A DNA stretch of 64,000 nucleotides from Rebecca billardiae RCC1528 (Eukaryota > Protista > Haptophyta), in the NCBI GenBank assembly GCA_965240325.2, contig OZ251236.1:248001-312000 (forward strand). The letters run 5' to 3'. Under the pieces are notes generated by a model, which was given only the letters and a program-made list of their open reading frames with translations, made no database searches and was not told the DNA's origin. Each line of letters begins with the position of its first letter. Position 1 is the first letter of the stretch. The translations under genes were made by a program, and so were the position numbers. This document shows positions 1 to 10,600 of the stretch, in pieces.

Positions 1-649
1 GCTGTCCGATAGCCCGCGGCACGCAGCAGGCCGCAGGACGCGCTGCGTCAGCGCGAGAGGGCTGAGTTCGTGAGGGATACTGTATCCTCAACACGTCTGG
101 AAGAGTTCTAGGAGCTGACGCAGGTTCACGGACCGTAGGCTGCTCGTCATTCGTCCCGCGACCCGGCAGCGGGCAGCATCAGGCTCAGCTTCCCAGTCGT
201 CGGCTGACGACTTGCTGACAATCAATCCTTGATCGCGGTCCTTCAGCTGCGAGCGCCCGGCGCCATCGTGCCCGGCGCCGGCTGGCTGCCGACGACAGCG
301 ACCTGAGACGGCCGGACGGTGGTGCATCGGGCCTGCTCATGGCCGCGTCCGAATGTACGTGGCGCCGAGCGCGCCACGGCCGGTCGTTCTATGCGATAGA
401 TCCGCCGCACTAGCCTAGGGCCGCACCGCCGGCCACCGGACACCCGCACGAGGGTGTCGGGTGTCCTCGCGGTCGCGCCTCAAGTTGGGCGAGGAGGAAG
501 CCGGCAGCCTTTCGTCGGGAGTTCGACTGAGAAATCGGAGCGTGGCCTTCCAGGGGCGTTCCCCGCATCGGTCATACGCCAAATTGAACCGTCTTCCTAT
601 TGGAACGGGCTTCGTCCATTTGAAGCGGGTACATTGAATACGGAAAAAG

Positions 650-676
650 GCAAAGCCCCCCCAGGGGGGGCTTTGC
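650..676. repeat. Perfect 13-bp-arm palindrome GCAAAGCCCCCCC-A-GGGGGGGCTTTGC
   Basis: Arms 650-662 and 664-676 are exact reverse complements around A663. An A-run lies on the left and a T-run on the right. Confidence 0.9.
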
Positions 677-951
677 TTTTCGGGAGCGTGTGGCAGGATC
701 CCGGGAACGCCCTTGGGAAGGCGATGGCCGCTGAGGCCACAGCCAATCAGAAGAGGCCTTCATGAGATGCGGGGAGATCTCTTTCACTCTTTTGGTGCGC
801 AGCGGCGGCGGCGGCCGGTGGCCACGGGCTCGCTTGTTCACCAATCCACGATGGCGCGGGACCTCCTCCACGAGGGCCTCGCTTGACCAGTGACCTTGCA
901 GCCCCAAGGCCGCCGAGCGGACCTCCTAGACGCCTGCCGCACGCCGGCAGG

Positions 952-1548
952 ATGTTTGCAGGGCTCGACGAGCGCTCTGACACGCGCACGGCGAGGCAGC
1001 TGCGCGAAGATGTTGGCCGGCTGGAGCGCGAGAAGGCTGAGCTCTGCACCAGGCTGGGGCTGAGCCAGTCTCGCGCCAAGGAGCTCAAGGAGGAGAACAC
1101 CCAGCTCGCGCAGAACATGTGCGTGATGCTGAAGACGGTGAGGCAGGAGCTCAAGCGGAAGGAGCTGCAGCACGCGCAGCTGACTCCGAGTGCGAGAGTG
1201 GGCGGTGCGCGCGCGCACGGCAAGAGCGCAATGCGAACGCCATCAGCGCAGCGCCCATCGGATGTTAGGCTGCAGCCCCGGCTCGCCGCGGGGGACGCTG
1301 GGCGCGGGCCGCCGCAGCGCCCGTCAAATGCCGCCCTGCCGGCTCATCAACTCCCAGAGGATGCTCGTCGAGGGCTGCCAGTGGTGATGTCGGCGGCGCA
1401 CACCGACCGGGGGCCGCACCGCCCGCCGAGTTATGGGCGGCAGCCTCGACGTGACGATGCAGCGAACGTCGGACGGCGACCACCGCCAACCTCAGGGCGT
1501 GACCGTGATTACAACCGGGGTGATGAGCGCTCGGGCCCTCCGTGGTGA
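952..1548 (+). CDS. Coiled-coil protein resembling the N-terminal region of CASP8AP2/FLASH, with a low-complexity R/D/P tail; 5' end uncertain
   Basis: ORF 883-1548 with ATG at 952 (MFAGLD...). The heptad segment KEENTQLAQNMCVMLKTVRQELKRKE resembles the FLASH-type N-I-S-x-L-x-K-T-A-R-x-E-I-x-R-K motif as recalled, not searched. An upstream exon is possible because CAG lies one base before the ATG. Confidence 0.5.
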   Translation: MFAGLDERSDTRTARQLREDVGRLEREKAELCTRLGLSQSRAKELKEENTQLAQNMCVMLKTVRQELKRKELQHAQLTPSARVGGARAHGKSAMRTPSAQRPSDVRLQPRLAAGDAGRGPPQRPSNAALPAHQLPEDARRGLPVVMSAAHTDRGPHRPPSYGRQPRRDDAANVGRRPPPTSGRDRDYNRGDERSGPPW

Positions 1549-1738
1549 CCGCCATCGGCCTGCGCGCGTGCCAACCGTGCGTCGCGACTTGCTGGCGAAT
1601 TTCGTCCGTTTAGGCGGCGCCAGGCGCCACTGACGGGCGCCGACGCGACGGCGGTGTCCATGGTTACGACCGAACTCGGATCTGTTCTACCGCGGGCTGA
1701 ATAGTAGAGTCTGATGACAATGGTCGAACAATATCGCG

Positions 1739-2763
1739 TATCCCCTTACCGCAGTCTGCTTCTATACGAAGCAGATTTGGGTGGGCGGCGGCGTGGGAGC
1801 GCTGGGCGCGCAGGTAGACGGCGCGAGCGGGCGCGCGCACGCTTGGGGGCATCTTTGGGACCATACCCATCGATGACCCGAGCCTCGCCGCCACCGCCCT
1901 TCCCCTTCTCCCGTGCCACGGCGTCCAGACGGAGTGCCAAACGAGCGTTTGAACATGCCACGAAGCAGATTTGGAATGGTGCTCAAACCGCTGCGGAGGG
2001 GATCGTCAGGCTGCGGCGTGAGGCTGGGAGGGGTATCATAACATAATGGATGACGGTCGTCACCCGTGAACCGGTCGGTAGGCTGCTACTCAGCGCCCGT
2101 AGCCTCGTACGCTGCACGTCGAGCTCAAGATCCCTCACCGTGGGCTCCGCGCGAGTGACACTGAGCACGAGGAGGGTGTACTTGCGAGGGGTACGCGCGT
2201 CGCGCCTGCGATCGACGCCAAGACAAGCGAAGAAGCGATACCACCACTTCCGCGAAGCGCCTGCCTGACTTGCACTCGGTGTACACACCGCGTGCGGCGT
2301 GCCGCAAGGAAGGAGCCCGACCCGTGCCTCAGCGTGTCCCGCAAGGAAGGAGCCCGACCCGTGCCTCAGCGTGTCCCGCGCGGCTGGCTGGTGGGCACTT
2401 TCAGCGTGATCGGTCATGCGAACGCGCGCAGAGTAACGCGCGCAGTATGTACACTGTCTACAATCATCTTTGTCGGTCGCCCACGTGCTTGAAGCGGCTG
2501 CAAGGAGTGCAGCCGGGTGTCGCGGGCCAGTCGAGCGCCCAGCTAGCGCGACGGCAGCTCGGCGCCGCCGCGCGTTGCCATCGTGGAGGCGGTGAAGCTG
2601 GAGGTACTAGGCTGGCGGCTGTCTGAGGGTAGCTAGACCATGCCTGGGCACTCTCAAGCCGTGTTCAATGCCCAGGCGCGCGTGGGTGGGCCGCAAAGCG
2701 CGCGCAGCGGCCGCCGTCAAATCTGCTTCCATACGAAGCAGATTGAACTGCGGTAAGGGGATA
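1739..2763. mobile_element. Putative ~1.0-kb non-autonomous TIR DNA element with TA ends and subterminal hairpins
   Basis: TATCCCCTTACCGCAGT at 1739-1755 has its exact reverse complement at 2747-2763. Each end is followed internally by a CTGCTTC-N5-GAAGCAG hairpin. There is no convincing internal ORF. Confidence 0.65.
2304..2377. repeat. Perfect 37-bp tandem duplication
   Basis: GCAAGGAAGGAGCCCGACCCGTGCCTCAGCGTGTCCC occurs at 2304-2340 and 2341-2377. Confidence 0.95.
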
Positions 2764-3275
2764 GTAGTATTGCATGTGGTGAGTGTCGTGCCCGACGTCT
2801 GAGCGCATCGTCGCTGAGGACGACTACATTGATCAAGCGCGTGCTTGCCGTGCGTGGACCCAGTTCCCCGCGCAAGCCACCGCTCATCAATATCATCAAG
2901 ACGATCGTCGCGGCGAAGGGCGCGAATAACGTGGACGATGTCGACTACAACATGCAGCAAGGGACGGCGCACGCGCGAGACGAGTCGATTCACTCCTCAT
3001 GACGACTGCGCCGGAGCCATCGCGGCCAACACAGGCCAAGTATTGGACGACGATTCTTGAGGGGCGCTTAGACGAGGTCGTCGCCAGGGCGGCTCAGCCT
3101 GTCACCGTAACTTTGAAGTGCGTGGGTGTAGGTCACTAGGTAGCCACTCATAAGCCACGCTGCCAGCCGTCAGAGATTGAATTGCCCATGCCATTGCGGC
3201 CCTCGGCGGGGCGGTCGCCATGCTGCGCGGTGCGGTGGCCAACGCCATCCTGCCTGCCAAACCGTTGCCACCAAA

Positions 3276-3866
3276 CAGGGCTGCTGGGAGTTCGTGATCA
3301 CGTGAGCGTGATATGAGATATCACGGCGCGTGATCACGTGACGCGTGATCACGTGACGCGTCACGTCGGCAATGGGTCCGTCACGTGACAGCAGTCCGGT
3401 AGTCCTGGTGTGCACCCGGATAGCCCCCGGGCCCGAGGCCGGGGCACTCGGCGCGTGCCTGCGCGGGGGCGCGCCGACTCGCCGAGTCCTCGAGGCGAGC
3501 CAAGGCGGGTTCGCGGCCGCAGTGAGTGCGCGTGAGCTGGCCAAGTTGATGAATGATGGCTCGGCAGGCGAGCCTCATGCAGGTCTTCAAAGACGGGGCT
3601 GCTGACCGCGACTAGTCGGAGTGCAGCTGCTGTCTTATCGCGCTCTTCATGAGTCACTCGTCAGTACTGATAGTCTGTCGTAGTTAGATTTCGTCATTAT
3701 TCACTCCCAAATAGGCCCAAAAGTTTTCGTCGCCTCGGGCCGGCGGGGCCGGGGGGGGGGGGGGGGGGGGGGGCCGGACTCGTCACGTGATGTCACGTGA
3801 TCACGCCTGTTGGGCAGCCGTGACGACACGTGATGATGGTCACTGTACGCCGAATTCCCAGCCCTG
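3276..3866. mobile_element. hAT-superfamily-like MITE (591 bp) with 8-bp target-site duplication
   Basis: TIRs are CAGGGCTG(CTG)GGAGTTCG and CGAATTCCCAGCCCTG. The direct repeat CCACCAAA lies immediately outside both ends (3268-3275, 3867-3874). TCACGTGA/GTGATCAC subterminal repeats cluster at both ends, and there is an internal G23 tract at 3751-3773. Confidence 0.85.
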
Positions 3867-4653
3867 CCACCAAACCAACGGTATCCATATACAGTTTACT
3901 ATATGTTTTAACGTGCACGACACTTGGTTAAGGCGTGATTGACTACGCCATCCAATAACACTGCACACAGTAGGCGCCTAGGCGGTGGCCAAGGCGACCG
4001 TCCTTCACGATGTCGCCACCCGGCCGGGTACAGTACGCTCTGCGACGGCCCAACGCAAGCTCGCACGCGCTATCGCGCGCTGCGAGCAGCAGCGCGCACA
4101 CCTCGGGCGGGTCTATTGGCACACGCCGTGCGACGTGTGCACCTCTCCGCCGCGGTCAGGCCAGCTCGCACTCGGGCCGCGCGATCCTAACGCTGCTGTG
4201 GGTGCGGGGATGGCGCCGTGCCGTGCACGTGACACGCAAACCAACCGATGATGATGCAGGGAGGGCAGATGAGCTGCATAAAAATCCGGTGCGCCCTTGA
4301 GTGGCGGAGTGCAGGCTCACTGAGGCCTGCGCGCGCATACGAGCGCGCAACTCGCCGGCTGGCGCCTCGACGCGCCTCCGGGTCAGGCGCCCACGAGTCA
4401 TGCCCTGCTCGGCGGCCCCGCCCGGTCCCGGGGCCCTGACCGGAGTGACGAGTGGCGGCGGACCATCTCGTCGGCCGCGTATAGTCTGTCGCTGATGAAG
4501 ACATATCAGCATGCTGCTGGACTGCTGCTATAGTGCTACGCCATATATTCAGATCAGCATCGATCGGCGACATAATACGCATCGTCGTCGCGCGCGTCGT
4601 CATCGCCATCGTCGTCGTCATACCGTCAAGGCCGGCGGATACCGGCCTACAGC

Positions 4654-7600
4654 TCACGACCTGCTGGCCGCGAGCCGCTCGGCGAGCAGCGTGCCCTGGC
4701 CGGCCAGGGGCTCGAGGAAGAGCAGCTTGAGCACGAGGCAGGCCGCCCAGACGAGCATCACCTGCTCGCGCCAGAGGGCGGGGTCGCGCAGCCGGCTGCC
4801 CAGCCGCTCGCCGACGATCGAGAGGCCGAGCAGCGCGACGATGAGCACGGCGGCGGCGGCGAGGTGGGCGGCCCACACGAGCTTGCGCTTCCACGCCTTG
4901 GGCTTGTTGGCCCACCAGTTGGCCTGCTGCAGCTGGCTGCGCGAGAGGCGCACGCGCTTCTGCACGCGCTGCTGCGTCAGCGGGCTGGTGGCCTCCTGCG
5001 ACGCGTCGTACGCGGCCCCGGCGGCGCGGATGGCGATGTCCGGTGCGGCGATCACCTGCGCCTGCGTCACCGGCGTGTCCGACTCGAACGGCGGCCAGTA
5101 CACGGCCGTGATCATCTTCGCGTACTTGCGCTTGCCGCCGCTCCCGTCGCCGTCGCCACGCAGCCGCGCGCCGAACGTCGTCTCGACCTCGGCGCGCAGC
5201 GCGGGCGCGGCGCGGTACACCGTCTCGACCTGCACGAAGCGCACGTCCGGCAGCTCGCCCTCGCCAAGCTCGATGTGCACCTCGCCGAGGTCCTCGTCAG
5301 CCCCGCGGGTCACCTGCGTGAACAGCTCCTGGATGATCGACGGCCGGTTGCGCATGCTCAACTCGCGCTCCGCGCGCGCCTCGCGCGCAGCCGCGCCTGC
5401 CACGAAGAAGCCGACCATGTGCTCGTCGTGCATCGGGATGGAGACGAGCGCCTCCTCGGGCAGCTCGAGGCGCATCGTGCCGGGCGCCACCGAGCCGCGC
5501 CGCGGCGCCGAGTTGCCGCCGGCGCGCTCAGGCCGCACGCGCTCGCTCAGGTTGTCAGCGGTGACGTTTGCGAGGCTGAAGCTGCGCGTGAGCGAGTGCT
5601 TGAGGCCACCGGGGCCGTCCCGGCCCACGCGCGACATGCCCGTCGGGCGGACGTACAGAAGGCGCTGCCGGCCGCCCTGCGCGCGCGCGCTGTTGGCCGC
5701 GCCGCTTGCCGAGCTGTCCCTCGAGGGCGCGCGGTGCATGCCGCCGGCGGTGGCGCCTCCCGCCGCCTGCGGCACGTTGTGCGCGTACGTGCGCGTCGCA
5801 CCGGTGCCGCCCTCGGCGGCATCCGCGCCCACCGGCTGGCGGAGCGCGCGCTGGCGCTCCTCCTCCGTGAGCGTCTCACCCCGGCGCGCGCGCAGCAGCC
5901 CGCTCCGCTTCGCCGCCCACACGCTCAGCTGCTTGAAGACGAACGTGGCGGGGAACGAGGCGCCGAGCCCGGCGAGCGCGGCAAGCCCCAGCCAGAGCAG
6001 CCGTGCGTCGACCGCCTGGCCGAGCACGAGCGAGATGGCGAGGATCTCGACGAGCGTCGAGTTGAACTGGGCCATCAGCCGCTGCGTCGCCGTCATCGGC
6101 TCGCCCGGCAGGCGCACGAGCCACGAGGTGACCATCGAACGCCGCAGCACGTTGGTGAGCACGCGCCACGCGATCGATGTGCGCGCGAGGTGCATCCACC
6201 CGGGCACGCGCGGCTCAACGTCCACGCGCCGGTCCACGACGCGCGCGACCAAGTGCAGCCCGGCGTACAGCGCGACCAGGACGCACACCACGACCACGCC
6301 CCTGCGAGGCGGCGTGCGACGGCGAAGGGCGGCGGGCGGGCGGTGAGCGCGAGCTGAGGATGGCGCACAGCGCTGCTGCGCCGCGCGTGCGCACTGGCGC
6401 GCACCAGTAGTTGGCGGCGAGCCGCTCGGCGAGGGCGCCAATGCCGCCCTGCTCTCCGGAGTCCGACTGGGTGCGAGCGGCCGTCGTCGACTCCTCGATC
6501 GGTGCGGACGGCGGCGGGCTCGAGACGATCGGGTCCACGCCCTCCTGCTGCGCGCCCGCGAGCTCGCTCTGCGACGCCTCCGGATCGATGGAGCCGTCGG
6601 CCACGCCCGCAACCAGCTCGGTGCCGCGCTCCTGCGTGACGCGCGCCACCTCGCCGAGCGCAGCCGTGATGGCGGCCGCGCCACGGTTGCTCGAGATCGC
6701 CTGTGACAGCGCCGGGCGGCGTGGCGCGATGGGTGCTACGCGTCAGCGCGCGGGCGCGGCCTCGGGTGCGCCGGCACCGCGGAAGGGCGCCGCGCACGCG
6801 CGCGACAGGCGTCGCGGCGCGCGCAGTCACCGTCTGGGCAGCGGCGGCGACACCGTCGAGCGCGGCCTTCATCACGGCGATCGCCGCGGCCGTGCGGTTG
6901 GTCGCGTTGCCCACGAGACTGGACGGGTCCACGGCCGCGCTCACGACCGTCTCGAGCGTGCTTTGCTCCTGCGTGACGCCGCGCGCGCGGGCAGCCGCGT
7001 GCGGCGGGTGAGAGCGAGCGCGGGCGCGCGCGGCGCCCGCAGTCGCGCGCGGCGCGCGCACGGCCAGGCGCGGCGGGTGGCGGCGGGCGAGGCAGGCGCG
7101 GGCGCGCACCGAGAGCACCGACAGCAAGGGCAGGCTCGGCGCGCTGCTGTTCCCCGCACTGCCGCCGTCCTCGTCGACCGGCGGCGCGGTGTCGACCATC
7201 TCCCGCCCGCGCTCAGTGAGGACGGTCGCGAGCGCGCGCATCACGGCCTCGGCCTTCTCCTCGGCGTCCTCCTCCGCCCCGTCCTCCGGGGACGCGCTGG
7301 TGCGCGCGACTGCGCGGCCAATCTCCACGGCCTGCATCACGACCGACGCCGTCTGCGTGAGCGCGCTCACCGTCTTGATCGACAGCTCGCGCTGCTCCGC
7401 CGTCACGCCCGCGCCGTCCGACTGCGAGAGCGCGAGGAACGGGTCATACTGGTAGACGGACGCCGTGCCGGTCAGCCCGCCCAGCCCGAGGGAGACGAGG
7501 AGGTCGCGCTCCGCGGTCGGGCTCGTGGGGGCGTTGGCGAGCAGCGTGGTGAGCGGCGTGAGCACCGTGGCCACGCCGCGCGTCTCGAAGGCCACGGTCG

Positions 7601-10600
7601 GCTGGAGGCCTGTCGTGATGTCCACGCAGCCAGGCGTGCCGATGCGCAGCTTGACGCGCATCGCACGCCGCTCCGCGTCAGACAGCCCCGCCAGAGTGTC
7701 CTCCGAAAAGGTGTAGTACCCGTTCTCCGCGCCGGTGATGTTGGACGGCTCCGTGGACGGGTCGTGCCGCCCGTCGTTGTCCAGGTCGAGGTACACGGTG
7801 CAGCCGCGGAAGTAGCCGTCAAAGGCGTGGCCGCACACGGGAGCCAGGCCGTCGGCGCAGGTGCGCTGGCCCGGAGCAGCGCACCCCGAGCCGGTGCAGC
7901 CGGCGGGCGGCGAGCTGGGCGGCGGCGGCGAGGGCGGCGGGCTCGGCGGCGGCGTTGGGGGTGGCGACGGCGGCGGGCTCGGTGGTGGGCTGGGCGGCGG
8001 GCTGGGCGGCGGCGGCGGCGGGCTGGGCGGCGGGCTGGGCGGCGGCAATGGCGGCGGGCTGGGCGGCGGCGGGCTGGGCGGCGGGCTGGGCGGCGGGCTG
8101 GGTGGTGGCGACGGCGGCGGCGACGGCGGCGGCGGGCTGGGCGGCGGTGATGGCGGCGGGCTCGGTGGCAGTGATGGCGGCGGGCTGGGCAGCGGCGTTG
8201 GCGGCGGCGAGGGCGGCGGGCTCGGCGGCGGGCTCGGTGGCGGGCTCGGCGGCGGGCTGGGCGGCGGGCTCGGCGGCGGCGAGGGCGGCGGGCTCGGTGG
8301 CGGCGATGGCGGAGGGGAAGGCGGCGGGCTCGGCGGTGGCGAGGGCGGCGGGCTCGGCGGCGTGCTGGGCGGCGGGCTGGGCGGCGGGCTGGGCGGCGGG
8401 CTGGGCGGCGGCGAGGGCGGTGGGCTGGGCGGCGGGCTGGGCGGCGGGCTTGGCGGCGGCGAGGGCGGCGGGCTCGGCGGTGGCGACGGTGGCGGCGACG
8501 GTGGCGGGCTTGGAGGCGGGCTGGGCGGCGGGCTGGGCGGCGGGCTTGGCGGCGGCGACGGTGGTGGCGAGGGCGGCGGGCTCGGCGGCGGGCTCGGTGG
8601 TGGCGATGGCGGCGGCGATGGTGGCGGCGATGGCGGCGGGCTGGGCGGCGGGCTCGGCGGCGGCGATGGCGGCGGGCTCGGTGGCGGAGACGGCGGCAGG
8701 CTGGGCGGCGGGCTTGGCGGCGGCGACGGTGGTGGCGAGGGCGGCGGGCTCGGCGGCGGGCTCGGTGGTGGCGATGGCGGCGGCGATGGTGGCGGCGATG
8801 GCGGCGGGCTGGGCGGCGGGCTTGGCGGCGGCGATGGCGGCGGGCTTGGTGGCGGGCTGGGCGGCGGGCTTGGCGGCGGCGACGGAGGCGGGCTCGGCGG
8901 TGGCGACGGTGGCGGCGACGGTGGCGGAGAGGGCGGCGGGCTGGGCGGACGTGACGGCGGAGGGCTCGGCGGTGGCGATGGCGGCGGGCTCGGCGGCGGC
9001 GGCGATGGCGGCGGCGATGGCGGCGGCGATGGCGGCGGGCTTGGCGGCGGCGGCGGCGAGGGTGGCGGCGAGGGTGGCGGCGAGGGTGGCGGGCTCGGCG
9101 GCGGTGACGGCGGCGGGCTGGGTGGTGGGCTGGGCGGCGGGCTGGGGGGTGGCGATGGCGGTGGGCTCGGTGGCGGCGACGGTGGCGGGCTGGGCGGCGG
9201 CGATGGCGGTGGGCTCGGCGGCGGGCTGGGCGGCGGCGGCGAGGGCGGCGGGCTGGGTGGCGGGCTGGGCGGCGGGCTTGACGGCGGTGACGGAGGCGGG
9301 CTCGGCGGTGGCGACGGTGGCGGCGACGGTGGCGGAGAGGGCGGCGGGCTGGGCGGACGTGACGGCGGAGGGCTCGGCGGTGGCGATGGCGGCGGGCTCG
9401 GCGGCGGCGGCGATGGCGGCGGCGATGGCGGCGGCGATGGCGGCGGGCTTGGCGGCGGCGGCGGCGAGGGTGGCGGCGAGGGTGGCGGCGAGGGTGGCGG
9501 GCTCGGCGGCGGTGACGGCGGCGGGCTGGGTGGTGGGCTGGGCGGCGGGCTGGGGGGGGGCGATGGCGGCGGGCTCGGTGGCGGCGACGGTGGCGGGCTG
9601 GGCGGCGGCGATGGCGGCGGGCTCGGCGGCGGGCTGGGCGGCGGCGGCGAGGGCGGCGGGCTTGGTGGCGGGCTGGGCGGCGGGCTTGACGGCGGTGACG
9701 GAGGCGGGCTCGGCGGTGGCGACGGTGGCGGCGACGGTGGCGGAGAGGGCGGCGGGCTGGGCGGAGGTGATGGCGGAGGGCTCGGCGGTGGCGATGGCGG
9801 CGGGCTCGGCGGCGGCGGTGATGGCGGTGGCGATGGCGGCGGCGATGGCGGCGGGCTTGGCGGCGGCGGCGGCGAGGGTGGCGGCGAGGGTGGCGGCGAG
9901 GGTGGCGGGCTCGGCGGCGGTGACGGCGGCGGGCTGGGTGGTGGGCTGGGCGGCGGGCTAGGGGGGGGCGATGGCGGCGGGCTCGGTGGCGGCGACGGTG
10001 GCGGGCTCGGCGGCGGCGATGGCGGCGGGCTCGGCGGCGGGCTGGGCGGCGGCGGCGAGGGCGGCGGGCTGGGTGGCGGGCTGGGCGGCGGGCTGGGCGG
10101 CGGTGACGGAGGCAGGCTCGGCGGTGGCGACGGTGGCGGCGATGGTGGCGGAGAGGGCGGCGGGCTGGGCGGACGTGACGGCGGAGGGCTCGGCGGTGGC
10201 GATGGCGGCGGGCTCGGCGGCGGCGGTGATGGCGGCGGCGATGGCGGCGGCGATGGCGGCGGGCTTGGCGGCGGCGGCGGCGAGGGTGGCGGCGAGGGTG
10301 GCGGCGAGGGTGGCGGGCTCGGCGGCGGTGACGGCGGCGGGCTGGGTGGTGGGCTGGGCGGCGGGCTGGGGGGGGGCGATGGCGGCGGGCTCGGTGGCGG
10401 CGACGGCGGCGGGCTCGGCGGCGGCGATGGCGGTGGGCTCGGCGGCGGGCTGGGCGGCGGCGGCGAGGGCGGCGGGCTGGGTGGCGGGCTGGGCGGCGGG
10501 CTTGGCGGCGGTGACGGAGGCGGGCTCGGCGGTGGCGACGGTGGCGGCGACGGTGGCGGAGAGGGCGGCGGGCTGGGCGGAGGTGACGGCGGAGGGCTCG

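Noticed and set aside
646-680. Rho-independent terminator or histone stem-loop
   Set aside because: The context is eukaryotic nuclear DNA and the sequence does not match the histone stem-loop consensus.
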